The notes under the pieces are model-generated. The model was not told the origin of the DNA. It made no database searches and saw only the letters and a list, made by a program, of their open reading frames with translations. From a virus (lineage: Duplodnaviria; Heunggongvirae; Uroviricota; Caudoviricetes): 30,411 nt of DNA. This document shows, piece by piece, positions 26,164 through 30,411 of this stretch. A program made the translations under genes and the position numbers. Every line of letters starts with the position of its first letter. Within the stretch, counting starts at the first letter, position 1. The stretch lies in the IMG/VR virus record IMGVR_UViG_2562617133_000007; one strand, written 5' to 3'.

Positions 26164-27399
26164 ATGACTACTACTGCACTGCAAAATGATAAAAATCCTT
26201 CTGATTACCTTGTTTGCAAGTGGTGCGGCAAATCATTTCACTATTTTAAGTCCCATGTAGCCAATGGTAATTGCGAGGGCATTCCTGAGTCAGTAAAAGA
26301 TGCCGATCCTGACACCGTACTGAAAATGTACACAACGCAGTTTCCAGATGAACCAACGCTATCGAAAAAGGCACTTGATGCAATTCAAGCTAAACGTGCC
26401 GAGCAAAAAAGCGAAATGGCCAAATCATCTGGCGTGACCAGTAGCCCAGGCTACACAGGCACAGTTGAGTACAAGACAGATCTGGTCGCAGCTCACGAAC
26501 TGCTAAATGTAACGGTGAAAGAACTCGGAACAAAACGTGGGACGCCGCTCATGGTTAGCGTCAACGTCAATACGCCGTTTCCAGAGTTCGTTCCAGAAGT
26601 GAAGAAGGGCTACGTATATGGCGACTTCGAACTGATCAAAGACATTTTCATGATGCTTGAACTTGGCATACCTGGCTATTTGTGGGGTCATGCAGGAACA
26701 GGCAAATCGTCATTGCCTACACAACTATGTGCTTTGCTCAATCGTCCGTTGATCCGTGCCCAACATACAGCATCAATGGAAGAGGCACATGTTACGGGGC
26801 AAATTCTGGCGCGTGATGGCTCTACGTATTTCGAGCCTGGCTTGCTTGCGCTCGCAATGAAGCATGGCTGGGTTTACCTCGCGGATGAATACGACTTTGC
26901 GTTTCCACAGATTCTTGGCGTGTATCAGCCAGTGCTGGAAGGTGAAGCGTTGGTCATCAAAGAGGCGACTCCAGAATGGCGTCGCATTACTCCGCATGAA
27001 CGGTTTGCTTTCATTGGCACTGGCAACACGAACGGATCTGGTGATGAAACCGGCTTGTACCAGGGTACAAACATCCAGAACGCCGCGAACTTTTCGCGTT
27101 TTGGCATCGTTTCGAATGTGAAATACATGAGCAAAGAGGCAGAGATCAACATGTTGATAAATGCCGGTATCGTGGATGAATACGCAGAAAAGATGGTTAA
27201 GTTTGCCGGTATCGTTCGCGATGGATACGAAGAACACCTTATCAGTCAGCCAATTGGCCCTCGTGAACTTTTGTTGTCGGCCAAGATTGGAATGATGCGA
27301 GGCGACTTTGTGACAGGTATTGAGCGTTCTTTCATTAACAAACTCCCTTCAGCTTCTGCACAAGCGGCTCGTGAAGTTGTTCAAAAAATATTTGGTTGA
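26164..27399 (+). CDS. CobS/MoxR-like AAA+ ATPase
   Basis: Walker A GHAGTGKSS and Walker B VYLADEYDF; 411 aa; AAAGGAAAAG RBS. Confidence 0.8.
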   Translation: MTTTALQNDKNPSDYLVCKWCGKSFHYFKSHVANGNCEGIPESVKDADPDTVLKMYTTQFPDEPTLSKKALDAIQAKRAEQKSEMAKSSGVTSSPGYTGTVEYKTDLVAAHELLNVTVKELGTKRGTPLMVSVNVNTPFPEFVPEVKKGYVYGDFELIKDIFMMLELGIPGYLWGHAGTGKSSLPTQLCALLNRPLIRAQHTASMEEAHVTGQILARDGSTYFEPGLLALAMKHGWVYLADEYDFAFPQILGVYQPVLEGEALVIKEATPEWRRITPHERFAFIGTGNTNGSGDETGLYQGTNIQNAANFSRFGIVSNVKYMSKEAEINMLINAGIVDEYAEKMVKFAGIVRDGYEEHLISQPIGPRELLLSAKIGMMRGDFVTGIERSFINKLPSASAQAAREVVQKIFG

Positions 27400-27579
27400 T
27401 CGTGCGTAAAGGATGTTTCGGCTCTCTTATCGCTGCTTCTGAAACTGGTAAGGCTTGTCTGGTATGTCCAGACAAGCCCGATTGTCACCAATCAGCAAAA
27501 GAAGTTGCGATTTCGATGTATGGGAAGTTCGTAGGCTTCCCCAATGACAAAATCAAAAAAACCATAAAGGTAAAAACAC

Positions 27580-30411
<2,832 letters not shown>

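Overview
This window reads as part of a temperate phage or phage-plasmid-like element from an enterobacterial-type host (backbone about 50% GC by hand sampling). All calls are made by eye from the sequence and six-frame track; no searches or folding programs were run. In order: the 3' part of a tail-fibre gene with tandem fibre repeats (truncated at the window start), a putative lysis cassette ending in an overlapped Rz/Rz1-like spanin pair, a GNAT/DUF1778-type toxin-antitoxin pair, a parA plus small parB/ParG-like partition operon, a replication block (DnaB-family helicase, zinc-finger/TOPRIM primase, ATP-dependent DNA ligase), four tRNA genes, a glutaredoxin, a tyrosine recombinase with a convergent XRE-type regulator, a CobT-like VWA protein, a CobS-like AAA+ ATPase, and the N-terminal 944 codons of a DnaE-type polymerase running off the 3' edge. 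The best candidates for an undescribed accessory or defence function are two AT-rich cargo cassettes: a KAP-type P-loop NTPase gene (6735-8441) bounded by hairpins, and a lipoprotein plus two-TM membrane protein pair (19183-21317) bracketed by a 30-bp direct repeat. Other points worth a second look are heavily structured non-coding DNA around the tRNA cluster, a chain of ATGA-coupled small membrane-protein paralogues after the ligase, and a recurring promoter-like motif.
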